In this document: positions 22,164-29,918 of the stretch, piece by piece
Position numbering within the stretch: the stretch's first letter is position 1
Layout: every line of letters begins with the position of its first letter
Notes under the pieces: model-generated
Seen by the model: only the letters and a program-made list of their open reading frames with translations
Told to the model about the DNA's origin: nothing
Databases searched by the model: none
Made by a program: the position numbers and the translations under genes
Assembly (NCBI GenBank): GCA_965225945.1
Contig: CBDDBZ010000025.1
Location: forward strand, 103,994 to 167,993
From: Alphaproteobacteria bacterium
GTDB taxonomy: Bacteria; Pseudomonadota; Alphaproteobacteria; GCA-2731375
Length of the DNA: 64,000 nucleotides
Direction of reading: 5' to 3'

Positions 22164-22339
22164 CGCCGGATCTCGCTTTCGTGTTGTCGCCGTTGGGGCC
22201 AGGGTAGTCCCGCCTCCCGGGGCCGACAAGCGACGCGACGCAACGGCCTCGGTGCCCGACAGATAAGTCCTCGAAGCCGGCCCCCTCCCCCGACTTCCTC
22301 CGCTGGCCAAACCGCCCCGCGGTTGCCTCGCCAACTTCG

Positions 22340-22354
22340 GGACAAAACAGGAAC
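22340..22354. promoter_or_regulatory. Possible alphaproteobacterial LexA box (GGAC-N7-GAAC) overlapping a minus-strand TTGACA promoter
   Basis: GGACAAAACAGGAAC, one mismatch to GAAC-N7-GAAC. Confidence 0.35.
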
Positions 22355-22400
22355 ATATGGCGGTATGTCAAGCGCGTCATTTTGGTGGCGGGCGCGCGGT

Positions 22401-22430
22401 CTTGATCGTCGCGGCGCCGACACTACATCT
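22401..22430 (+). promoter_or_regulatory. Putative RpoH (sigma32) promoter of hsp20
   Basis: CTTGA...CTACATCT upstream of a small heat-shock gene. Confidence 0.55.
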
Positions 22431-22435
22431 AGCGT

Positions 22436-22531
22436 ATGGCGGCGCCCTCGGGGCCGCCGGCGGAGGCCGCTTCGGCTCCGCGGGTACATGACGAAGCCAT
22501 GCTTGCTCGCGCTGGAGGAGGTGGTTCGATG
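22436..22531 (+). ncRNA. ROSE-like RNA thermometer in hsp20 5' UTR
   Basis: Two GC-rich hairpins, then UUGCU (22503-22507) positioned to pair with the GGAGGAG SD before ATG 22529. Confidence 0.6.
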
Positions 22532-22993
22532 AACCGTTTGTCTGCGTTCAACTCTCCGTTGCTGCTCGGATTCGATCATTTCGAGCGCATTCTCGAGCGG
22601 GCCACCAAGGCCGGCAGCGACGGCTATCCCCCTTACAACATCGAGCGGGTCGGCGAGAACGGTCTCCGCATCGTGCTGGCGGTGGCCGGCTTCGGCGAGG
22701 AGGACCTCAAGATCACGCTGGAGGACAACCAGCTGATGATCCGCGGCAAGCAGGGCGAGGAGGGCGAGGAGGCTGGCAGGATCTACCTCCATCGCGGCAT
22801 CGCCGCCCGCCAGTTCCAGCGCGCCTTCGTGCTGGCCGAGGGCATCGAGGTCGCCGGGGCAGAGCTCGACAAGGGCCTGCTGGCGATCGACTTGGTCCGT
22901 CCGGCACCGACCCCCAACGTCCGCACCATCGAGATCGGTGGGGGATCGGGGCGCGGCGGCGCCGGCAAGTCCATCGATCTCAAGCGCGCGTGA
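22529..22993 (+). CDS. Hsp20/alpha-crystallin small heat-shock protein
   Basis: SPLLLGFD, GYPPYNIE, LAVAGF, YLHRGIAARQFQRAFVLAEG, GLLAIDL. Confidence 0.95.
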   Translation: MNRLSAFNSPLLLGFDHFERILERATKAGSDGYPPYNIERVGENGLRIVLAVAGFGEEDLKITLEDNQLMIRGKQGEEGEEAGRIYLHRGIAARQFQRAFVLAEGIEVAGAELDKGLLAIDLVRPAPTPNVRTIEIGGGSGRGGAGKSIDLKRA

Positions 22994-23041
22994 ACGCCCG
23001 CGCCAGCTCGCGAACGGATGTGTAGCCGAGGGGTGAATGAG

Positions 23042-23269
23042 ATGCGAAAGCCCGACACGAGGACGGCGGACCGATCCGTCGTCACCATGCAACAGCTCTT
23101 CCAAATCGGCCTGAGCGAAATTGCCTACGTCAAGGCGGTGGACGACGAGAGCGGCCGCAACTACGCGATCCATACGGCCGACGGCAACGAGATCGCGCAC
23201 TTCGCCGACCGCGACGTCGCCTTCGCGGCCTGCCGCCAGCACGACCTGGAGCCGGTCAGCGTCCACTGA
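23042..23269 (+). CDS. DUF1150 family protein
   Basis: IAYVK, YAIHTADG, AFAACRQHDLEPVSVH; conserved position after hsp20. Confidence 0.85.
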   Translation: MRKPDTRTADRSVVTMQQLFQIGLSEIAYVKAVDDESGRNYAIHTADGNEIAHFADRDVAFAACRQHDLEPVSVH

Positions 23270-23368
23270 CCGCCGCGCGTTCTGCCCAGGCCACCCGGCA
23301 CGGCGACCACCGCCACGAAACGGGCGCCCGGCGCGCCTGAGCGAAGCGAAGGACATTTTCACGGGGAC

Positions 23369-24435
23369 TCACTCGAGGCGGGCGCTCACCGCCTCGGAAA
23401 GCACCGTGTGGAGGCCGCCGCCGTCGGCGCCCGGCCGCAGCAGGCGGTATTGCGCGCTATAGCGACCCGCCGGCCAGGTTTTGCCGCTGCGCCTGCGCGA
23501 GCCGATGTAATGGCGCTGGATCGCTCGGTTCTTGCTTGCAGGGGGAAACCGCTTCTCGGCCAGGACGCGACCCGCCGGCGCCACCATCCGCATGACCTCG
23601 ACGTCGCCGCTGCGAAGGCCGAAAACCTCGACCCAGAAGAACAGCTTACTGCCGCCGGCGGCCAGCTCCCCCTGGCGATAGGCGCCGGCGCGGACCTTGT
23701 CCCATTCGGGTTGCTCGAGGCTGAAGCCGGCGCCGAGCAGACCGCTGAATCGGTAGCCGAGCCGCGCCATCGTCTCCCGTGACCAAAGCGGCTCGGCCCC
23801 CGACATGCCGTCGCAAGCCCCATCGGCGAGGCGTCCGGTGTAGGGGTCGACCGGCCGCTTCTTCACAGCCACGCCGAAGTGGAGAGGCGGGAAATCCGTC
23901 CGGCCGGAGAGCCCGATCCGGCCCAGCACATGGCCGGCCTCGACCCGCTCCCCCACGGTCACGCGAATGGAGCCCTTCCGCATATGGCAATAGAGGCTCG
24001 TCCAACCGCCGCCGTGAGAGATTCCGACGCCGTTGCCGCATTTGCGCGTCAGGGCCGGATCGCGACCGCCGTCGTCCGCCATGCCGTCGCGGGCCGAGAC
24101 GACGCGACCAGCCGCCGCCGCCAGGACGTCGACGCCTCGCGCCATCTCCGCCAGGTTGCGCACGCGAATGTCGGTGCCCCGGTGACCGTCATAGGTGAGC
24201 GGGCCGCAGGTGAAGTCCCGCGCCAGCGGGCCGGGATCCACGTCGACGTGGTTCTGCACGAAGCAGTCTCGGCCCGGCTCGCAGTCGAGGGGAAAGCGAA
24301 AACTCGGTGGCTCGGCCGCGAGAGGGGCGGACACCACCAGTAGCAGCGCGCACGGAAGCGCCGGCCAGCGGCGCCGGCCCGCCCCAAGCCGCCCAGGGGC
24401 CGCATTATTCGCCGTTTCGGCGGTGTGAAAAAGTA
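23369..24435 (-). pseudogene. M23 family peptidase, 5' end interrupted by IS1595 and HxH motif degenerate (possible pseudogene)
   Basis: TYDGHRGTD, CGNGV, YCHM..GS, GLSG; FPPLHF where FPHLHF is expected; no in-frame start between the IS and the signal peptide. Confidence 0.6.
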
Positions 24436-25460
24436 GGCTCAATTCGTGAATTGTATGCGTCACCTTGTTACGGCGGCGGCGAGGCAGGCTCGGTCATTGG
24501 CGCCGGGGGCGAGGCCGACGAGGTGGAACCAGCTCAGGTAGTTGTCCAGATAGCGGGTGGCGATGCCGCGGCGGGGACGCAGGAAGTCCTTCAACCGGCT
24601 GTGGCGGCTGTTCACCGTCTGCACATGCAGATCGCCCCGAACCCGTTCCCCCATCGAGCGGTTGAGTGCTTCGTGGCTCACCCCGAGCGCGGCGGCGCAC
24701 GGTGGGTAGCTCGCGCCGCCGTCGGAGACCAGCAGGGCGTCCTTCGCGACCACCGGGTCGAGGGCAGCCGTGAGCGCCGCCGCATCGACCCTGGGCAGCA
24801 CCGCGCTGACCGTCGTTCCGCTCTGGTCCGCCGCCATGAGAACCGGTACCTGCTCGCGCGAGAGGCCGCGCTTCTTCGCCTTGCCGCCCCGCCGCCGTGC
24901 CTTGCGCCCCAGCCCGCGCGCGCCCTTCCGGCTCTCCAGGACGTAGGTCTCGTCCGCTTCCACGATCCCCTTGAGCACCTCCGAATCGCTCCGCGCCGCC
25001 GCCAGAAACCGGTGACGCCAGCGGAACGCCGTGCTCACCGCCACGTCGCAGCGCGCCGCCGACGCCTTCACCGTCTCCCCCTTCGCCAGCGACGCCCCGA
25101 ACGACAGCCAGCGTTCCTTGTGGTGCAAGCCCGACAGCGGCGTACCGCTCAGCGCGTTGAAGGTCCTGCCGCAGCCCTTGCACTGGTAGCGCCGCAGACC
25201 CCGCGCCATACCGCGCGAAACCGCCCCTTCGCTCGCGCAGTGCGGACAGCGCCGGGCCTCGTCCACACCAAGCTCGATCGCGGCCTTCGATGCCTCGCCC
25301 TCGCTCCGGCCCGACAGCACCGCGAGCGCCTCGCGCCGCTGCGCGCGCGTCAGCCCGCGCGCCGCCGAAAGCCACACCTGGAAACCCTTGCCGTCCATAA
25401 CCCAACCTCCTGACGTTCCAGGCACTCTATCACTAATGCATACAATTCACGAATTGAGCC
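24436..25460 (-). mobile_element. IS1595-family insertion sequence (ISPna2-like), 1025 bp
   Basis: Perfect 23-bp TIR GGCTCAATTCGTGAATTGTATGC at both ends; 8-bp TSD AAAAAGTA (24428-24435 and 25461-25468). Confidence 0.95.
24460..25398 (-). CDS. IS1595 family transposase
   Basis: CPHC..CKGC Zn finger, HTH, EADETY / SDG / HVQTVNSRHSRLK (DDN-type triad), RGIATRYL.NYL.W. Confidence 0.95.
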   Translation of the reverse strand: MDGKGFQVWLSAARGLTRAQRREALAVLSGRSEGEASKAAIELGVDEARRCPHCASEGAVSRGMARGLRRYQCKGCGRTFNALSGTPLSGLHHKERWLSFGASLAKGETVKASAARCDVAVSTAFRWRHRFLAAARSDSEVLKGIVEADETYVLESRKGARGLGRKARRRGGKAKKRGLSREQVPVLMAADQSGTTVSAVLPRVDAAALTAALDPVVAKDALLVSDGGASYPPCAAALGVSHEALNRSMGERVRGDLHVQTVNSRHSRLKDFLRPRRGIATRYLDNYLSWFHLVGLAPGANDRACLAAAVTR

Positions 25461-25503
25461 AAAAAGTATCCCGAGTAAAGCGAAGAAGTTTTTCACAAGG
25501 AAC

Positions 25504-25968
25504 TTATTCGTGGCCTGGCACACTGGTATCGGTCAAAAGCGCGTAGATCGCGTCCGCCTGTTCGGAACCCCGGAGCTTGCGACAGAACTCCTGGTCGCGC
25601 AGCAGACGAGAGATCCGCGCCAATGCCTTCAGGTGGTCGGCGCCGGCGCTCTCGGGCGCCAGCAACAGGAAGATGAGGTCGACCGGCTCGTCGTCGATCG
25701 CATCGAAGTCGATCGGCGTCTCCAGGCGGGCGAAGAGGCCGTGGGGGCGCGCCAGCTCGCCGAGTTTGCCGTGCGGGATGGCGATGCCCTGGCCGACACC
25801 GGTGGTGCCGAGGCGCTCGCGCTCCAGCAGCACGTCGAAGATCTGCCGCTCATCGAGGCCGGTGAGCGCCGCGGCCCGATTCGAAAGCTCCTGCAGCACC
25901 TGCTTCTTGCTGCCCGCCTTGAGGTTGGGGACGACGGCGTCCTGCGCCAGAAGCGCGTCCATCTCCAT
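25504..25968 (-). CDS. ptsN: PTS IIA-like nitrogen regulatory protein
   Basis: RERLGTTGVG.GIAIPHGK, PVDLIFLLLAPE.AGADHLKALA. Confidence 0.97.
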   Translation of the reverse strand: MEMDALLAQDAVVPNLKAGSKKQVLQELSNRAAALTGLDERQIFDVLLERERLGTTGVGQGIAIPHGKLGELARPHGLFARLETPIDFDAIDDEPVDLIFLLLAPESAGADHLKALARISRLLRDQEFCRKLRGSEQADAIYALLTDTSVPGHE

Positions 25969-25981
25969 CTCGACGAACCTC

Positions 25982-26572
25982 CTACTCGCCCTCGTCTGCC
26001 TGACGGGAGGGGTCGATCCAGCCGATGTGACCGTCGGCGCGGCGGTAGACCACGTTGAAGCTCCCGGTGCCGCCGTTGCGGAACATCAGCACCGGCAAAT
26101 CGGCGAGATCCATCCGCATCACCGCCTCGCCGACGCTCAACCTGTCGATCTGCGTGGTCCGCTCGGCGACGATCACCGGCTGAAAGGTCTCCAGGACCTC
26201 CTCCTCCTCGGCCTCGGGCGCCAGCACGTAGTCCCGCGCGGTCTCGACCGGGCGGGCCGCGTCGCGCTGGCGATTGTGATGATCGCGCAACCGCCGCTTA
26301 TAGCGCCGAAGCTGCTTCTCCAGCCGGTCGCTCGCGGCATCGAAACCCGCCGTGAGTTCATCGGCCTCGGCGTGGCTATGGGCATGAATGCCGTGCCCCA
26401 CGTGGACGGAGCAATCGGCCCGAATCGAGGTCGAGCCCGAGCGCGAGAAGACCACGTGAGCCTCGATCGGATTGCCGAAGTATCTCTCGACCGCCTTGGA
26501 CAGACGCGATTCGACATGGCTGCGAAGCTGCTCCGAAATCTCGAGCTGCTTTCCTGATATCTGAATTTGCAT
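25982..26572 (-). CDS. hpf: Ribosome hibernation promoting factor (long HPF/RaiA)
   Basis: MQIQISGKQL, EKQLRRYKRRL, LSVGEAVMRMDL, NVVYRR.DG.IGWIDP. Confidence 0.95.
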   Translation of the reverse strand: MQIQISGKQLEISEQLRSHVESRLSKAVERYFGNPIEAHVVFSRSGSTSIRADCSVHVGHGIHAHSHAEADELTAGFDAASDRLEKQLRRYKRRLRDHHNRQRDAARPVETARDYVLAPEAEEEEVLETFQPVIVAERTTQIDRLSVGEAVMRMDLADLPVLMFRNGGTGSFNVVYRRADGHIGWIDPSRQADEGE

Positions 26573-26643
26573 CGTTCCCGTGGAAGCTAGGGCGCGCCGC
26601 CTCGTCATCCGCGCGCGTTGGTCGCGCTCGCGAGGCGCCGGAA

Positions 26644-26670
26644 CATATGGCGGCGCCCGGTGCCTGTCAA
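26644..26670 (-). promoter_or_regulatory. Putative sigma32-type promoter for hpf-ptsN
   Basis: Minus strand TTG-N17-CCATAT overlapping the rpoN stop. Confidence 0.45.
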
Positions 26671-28208
26671 CCAGCCTCCCAAAGCGACGCACGCTTGATT
26701 CGCCGCCGCTGGACGGAAGACGGAATCGCCATCGATTCGCGGTATTTGGCGACGGTGCGCCGCGCGATGTCGGCCCCGGATTCACGCAACAGGGTGACCA
26801 GGCGATCGTCGGAATGCACCGCGCCGCCATCCTCGCCGTCGATCAGCGCCCGGATGCGGTGCTTCACCGCCTCGGCCGAAAGGGCATCGCCCCCCGCCGC
26901 CGAGGCGATCGCCGAGGTGAAGAAATACTTCAGCTCGAAGATCCCTCTGGGCGTCTCGACGTATTTGTTCGAGGTCACCCGCGAGATGGTGCTTTCGTGC
27001 ATCTCGATCGCTTCGGCCACGGTGCGCAAATTGAGCGGACGCAGCAAATCGACACCATGCTCCAGAAAGCCCTCCTGCTGACGGACGATCTCGCTCGAGA
27101 CCTTGAGGATCGTACGGGCTCGCTGGTCGAGCGACTTCACTAGCCAATTGGCGTTGTTGAGGCACTCCGTGAGATAGGCGCGCTCGGTGCTGCCGCGATC
27201 CATGTGGCGGACGAGCGCGCTATAGCGCGCGTTCACCAGCACCCTGGGCAGGGTCTCGGTGTTGAGCTCGATCCGCCAGGCGCCGTCCGGCTCACGGCGC
27301 ACCAGGACGTCCGGCACGATCGGCGCCGCGACCGCGTAATCGAACAGAAGACCCGGCTTGGGGTTAAGGGCGCGAATTTCGCCGATCATCTCCGCCATGT
27401 CCTCGGCGTCGACCGCGCAGAGCCGCCTCAGCGCGTCGAAATCGTGTCGGGCCAGCAAGTCGAGATGGTCCAGCAGCGTCCGCATCGCCGGATCGAGGCG
27501 ATCCCGTTCGCCGAGTTGCAGCGCCAGGCATTCCGCCAGATTGCGCGCGCCGATGCCGATCGGGTCCATCTGTTGCAGCGCGGCCAGCACCGTCTCGACG
27601 CGTCGGGCCGGACAGCCGAGCTTGGCCGCGACTTCGCCGACGTCCTCGGTCAGGTAGCCGGCTTCATCCAGGCTCTCGACCAAATGGGCGCCGATCAGAC
27701 GGTCGACCGGATCCTCCAGGCCGGTGTTGATCTGGCCGAGCAGGTGCTCCTTCAGTAAAATCGCCGCGTCGGGAGCGGCATCGATGCCGCCGCCCTCACC
27801 CTCGTAGTTCCCGCCACCGCCGAGGCCGCTCCAGGCCGCGCGCTCCAGCTCGGCCGCCGCGCCGCCGCCATGTTCGATAGCTTCGCCATGGGTGAAGCCG
27901 TTCTCGTCGTCGGTGTCGAGTGGCGCCTCGGCCTCGGCGGTGCCGCCGGAATAGTCGACGTGGTCGACCTCGATCTCGCCCATCGCCTCGACCGCGCTCT
28001 CGCCACCGCCCGCCCCGGCCGGCGTCTCGCCCTCGACCGCCGGCTCCCCCTCCGCGCGTTCCAGCACCGGATTTTGTTCGAGCTCCCGCTCGACGAAGGC
28101 ATCGAGCTCCAGGTTGGTGAGTTGCAGCAGCTTGATCGCCTGCTGCAACTGCGGCGTCATCACCAGGGACTGGGAGGTACGAAGCTCCTGCTTTTGGGAT
28201 AGCGCCAT
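26667..28208 (-). CDS. rpoN: RNA polymerase sigma-54 factor
   Basis: QSLVMTPQLQQAIKLLQL, HESTISRVT, RpoN box ARRTVAKYRE. Confidence 0.98.
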   Translation of the reverse strand: MALSQKQELRTSQSLVMTPQLQQAIKLLQLTNLELDAFVERELEQNPVLERAEGEPAVEGETPAGAGGGESAVEAMGEIEVDHVDYSGGTAEAEAPLDTDDENGFTHGEAIEHGGGAAAELERAAWSGLGGGGNYEGEGGGIDAAPDAAILLKEHLLGQINTGLEDPVDRLIGAHLVESLDEAGYLTEDVGEVAAKLGCPARRVETVLAALQQMDPIGIGARNLAECLALQLGERDRLDPAMRTLLDHLDLLARHDFDALRRLCAVDAEDMAEMIGEIRALNPKPGLLFDYAVAAPIVPDVLVRREPDGAWRIELNTETLPRVLVNARYSALVRHMDRGSTERAYLTECLNNANWLVKSLDQRARTILKVSSEIVRQQEGFLEHGVDLLRPLNLRTVAEAIEMHESTISRVTSNKYVETPRGIFELKYFFTSAIASAAGGDALSAEAVKHRIRALIDGEDGGAVHSDDRLVTLLRESGADIARRTVAKYRESMAIPSSVQRRRIKRASLWEAG

Positions 28209-28411
28209 CCTCGGGCTCTCCGGTCCCTATCGCGCGCACGAGCGGCCCGGCGCGCCGCTCGAATTACGGTCGGAATTTAGGATACGTCTCCCGGACGCGC
28301 ATTCCAAGAAAGCGGGGGACCGGCGGGCGCCGGCGAGGAAGCGGGGGTGCATCGTCATCGACCGGTTATCCACCGGAGTGACTTAACATTCAGGTAACGG
28401 CGGGTCCGGGC

Positions 28412-29026
28412 TCAGGAGTGGGCGAAGATGTCGACGTCTTGCCAGCCCGCGAGATCCAGCTCCGCGCGTGTCGGCAGGAAGCGGAAGCAGGCCTCCGCCA
28501 GATGGCGCCGGCCTTCGCGCTCCAGCCGTTGCTCCAACTCGGCGTGCAGTCGGTGGAGGTGGAGCACGTCGCTCGCGGCGTAGCGAAGCTGATCCTCCGT
28601 CAGTTCCCGGGCACCCCAATCGGTCTGCTGCTGCTGCTTGGAAATGTCGATGCCGAGGAGCTCGTGGCAGAGGTCCTTGAGACCGTGCCGGTCGGTGAAG
28701 GTGCGAACCAGCTTGGAGGCGATCTTGGTGCAGTAGACCGGCGCGCAGGCGACACCCAGATAGTGCCGCAGCACCGCGACGTCGAAGCGGGCGAAATGAA
28801 ACAGCTTCACGACCGAATCGTCGGCCAACAGGCGCACCAAGTTCGGAGCCTGGTAGCGGCCATCGGAAAACCGCACCAGATGACATTCGCCATCGCCGCC
28901 CGAGAGCTGCACCAGACAGAGCCGGTCGCGGTGCGGGTCGAGCCCCATGGTCTCGCTGTCGATCGCGACCATGTCGGCGAAGTCTAGCCCCGAGGGCAGG
29001 TCGTGCTCGTGCAGATGGATATTCAT
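28412..29026 (-). CDS. rnd: Ribonuclease D-like 3'-5' exonuclease
   Basis: AIDSETMGL, RDRLCLVQL, FHFARFD, CTKIASKL.RT, YAASDV, DIFAHS. Confidence 0.93.
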   Translation of the reverse strand: MNIHLHEHDLPSGLDFADMVAIDSETMGLDPHRDRLCLVQLSGGDGECHLVRFSDGRYQAPNLVRLLADDSVVKLFHFARFDVAVLRHYLGVACAPVYCTKIASKLVRTFTDRHGLKDLCHELLGIDISKQQQQTDWGARELTEDQLRYAASDVLHLHRLHAELEQRLEREGRRHLAEACFRFLPTRAELDLAGWQDVDIFAHS

Positions 29027-29097
29027 CTGGGCATTTACCGCGCCGATCCCGCCGTGTCCGTCCGTGGCGCGACTCCGCGCGCCGGGAAGCGTGCGGC

Positions 29098-29184
29098 TGG
29101 TGCCCAGGAGAAGACTCGAACTTCCACGAGGTTACCCTCACTAGCACCTGAAGCTAGCGCGTCTACCAATTCCGCCACCTGGGC
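29098..29184 (-). tRNA. tRNA-Leu(CAG)
   Basis: Reverse complement GCCCAGGTGGCGGAATTGGTAGAC...CTAGC-TTCAGGT-GCTAG, long variable arm, GTTCGAGT, encoded CCA. Confidence 0.97.
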
Positions 29185-29212
29185 GACGGCCCCCCATATC
29201 GCCGAAGCCCCA

Positions 29213-29242
29213 GGCTGTCAACCGGTCGGCTGTCAACCGGTC
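29213..29242. repeat. 15-bp tandem duplication containing the tRNA-Leu -35 hexamer
   Basis: GGCTGTCAACCGGTC x2 (minus strand carries TTGACA twice). Confidence 0.85.
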
Positions 29243-29284
29243 GATCGCCGCCGGTCGAGTGCCACCCTGGCGCCGGCGGCGCGG

Positions 29285-29821
29285 TCAGCGCGGCGTGATC
29301 ACCATGGTCATCTGCCGTCCCTCCATCTTGGGGAACTGCTCGACCTTGGAGATCTGCTCCAAATCGTCGCGCACGCGCTCGAGGACCCGCATCCCGAGGT
29401 TCTGGTGCGCCATCTCGCGGCCGCGAAAGCGCAAGGTGACCTTCACCTTGTCGCCCTCGTGCAGAAACTTGAGCATCGAGCGCATCTTCACATCGTAATC
29501 GTGCCGATCGATGTTCGGACGCATTTTGATTTCCTTGACTTCGATGGTCTTCTGCTTCTTGCGCGCCTCGTTGGCACGCTTCTGCGCCTTGTACTTGAAC
29601 TTGCCGAAATCCAGGATCTTGCAAACCGGGGGATCGGCGTTCGGCGAGATCTCGACCAGATCCAGGCCCGCGTTCTCGGCCCGGTCCATGGCGTCGTCGG
29701 TCGCGACGACGCCGACGTTTTCTCCGGTCTCGTCGATGAGGCGGACTTGCTCCACGTCGATTTGACCATTCACGCGTGGCCCTTCACGGGGCGGCGGCGC
29801 CGTAATGAAGTGTCGAACTAT
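29285..29821 (-). CDS. infC: Translation initiation factor IF-3 (probable non-AUG ATA start)
   Basis: [42 protein letters not shown]; AAGGAG 8 nt before ATA with an in-frame TAG immediately upstream. Confidence 0.93.
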   Translation of the reverse strand: MVRHFITAPPPREGPRVNGQIDVEQVRLIDETGENVGVVATDDAMDRAENAGLDLVEISPNADPPVCKILDFGKFKYKAQKRANEARKKQKTIEVKEIKMRPNIDRHDYDVKMRSMLKFLHEGDKVKVTLRFRGREMAHQNLGMRVLERVRDDLEQISKVEQFPKMEGRQMTMVITPR

Positions 29822-29918
29822 CTATCCAACTCCTTGCTGTTCGCAGAGACGATCTCACGAAACGGAGCCCCATGGCCAGCCCGAAGGCTGGTCCCACGGT
29901 TTCCGACCGGGCTTCGGA

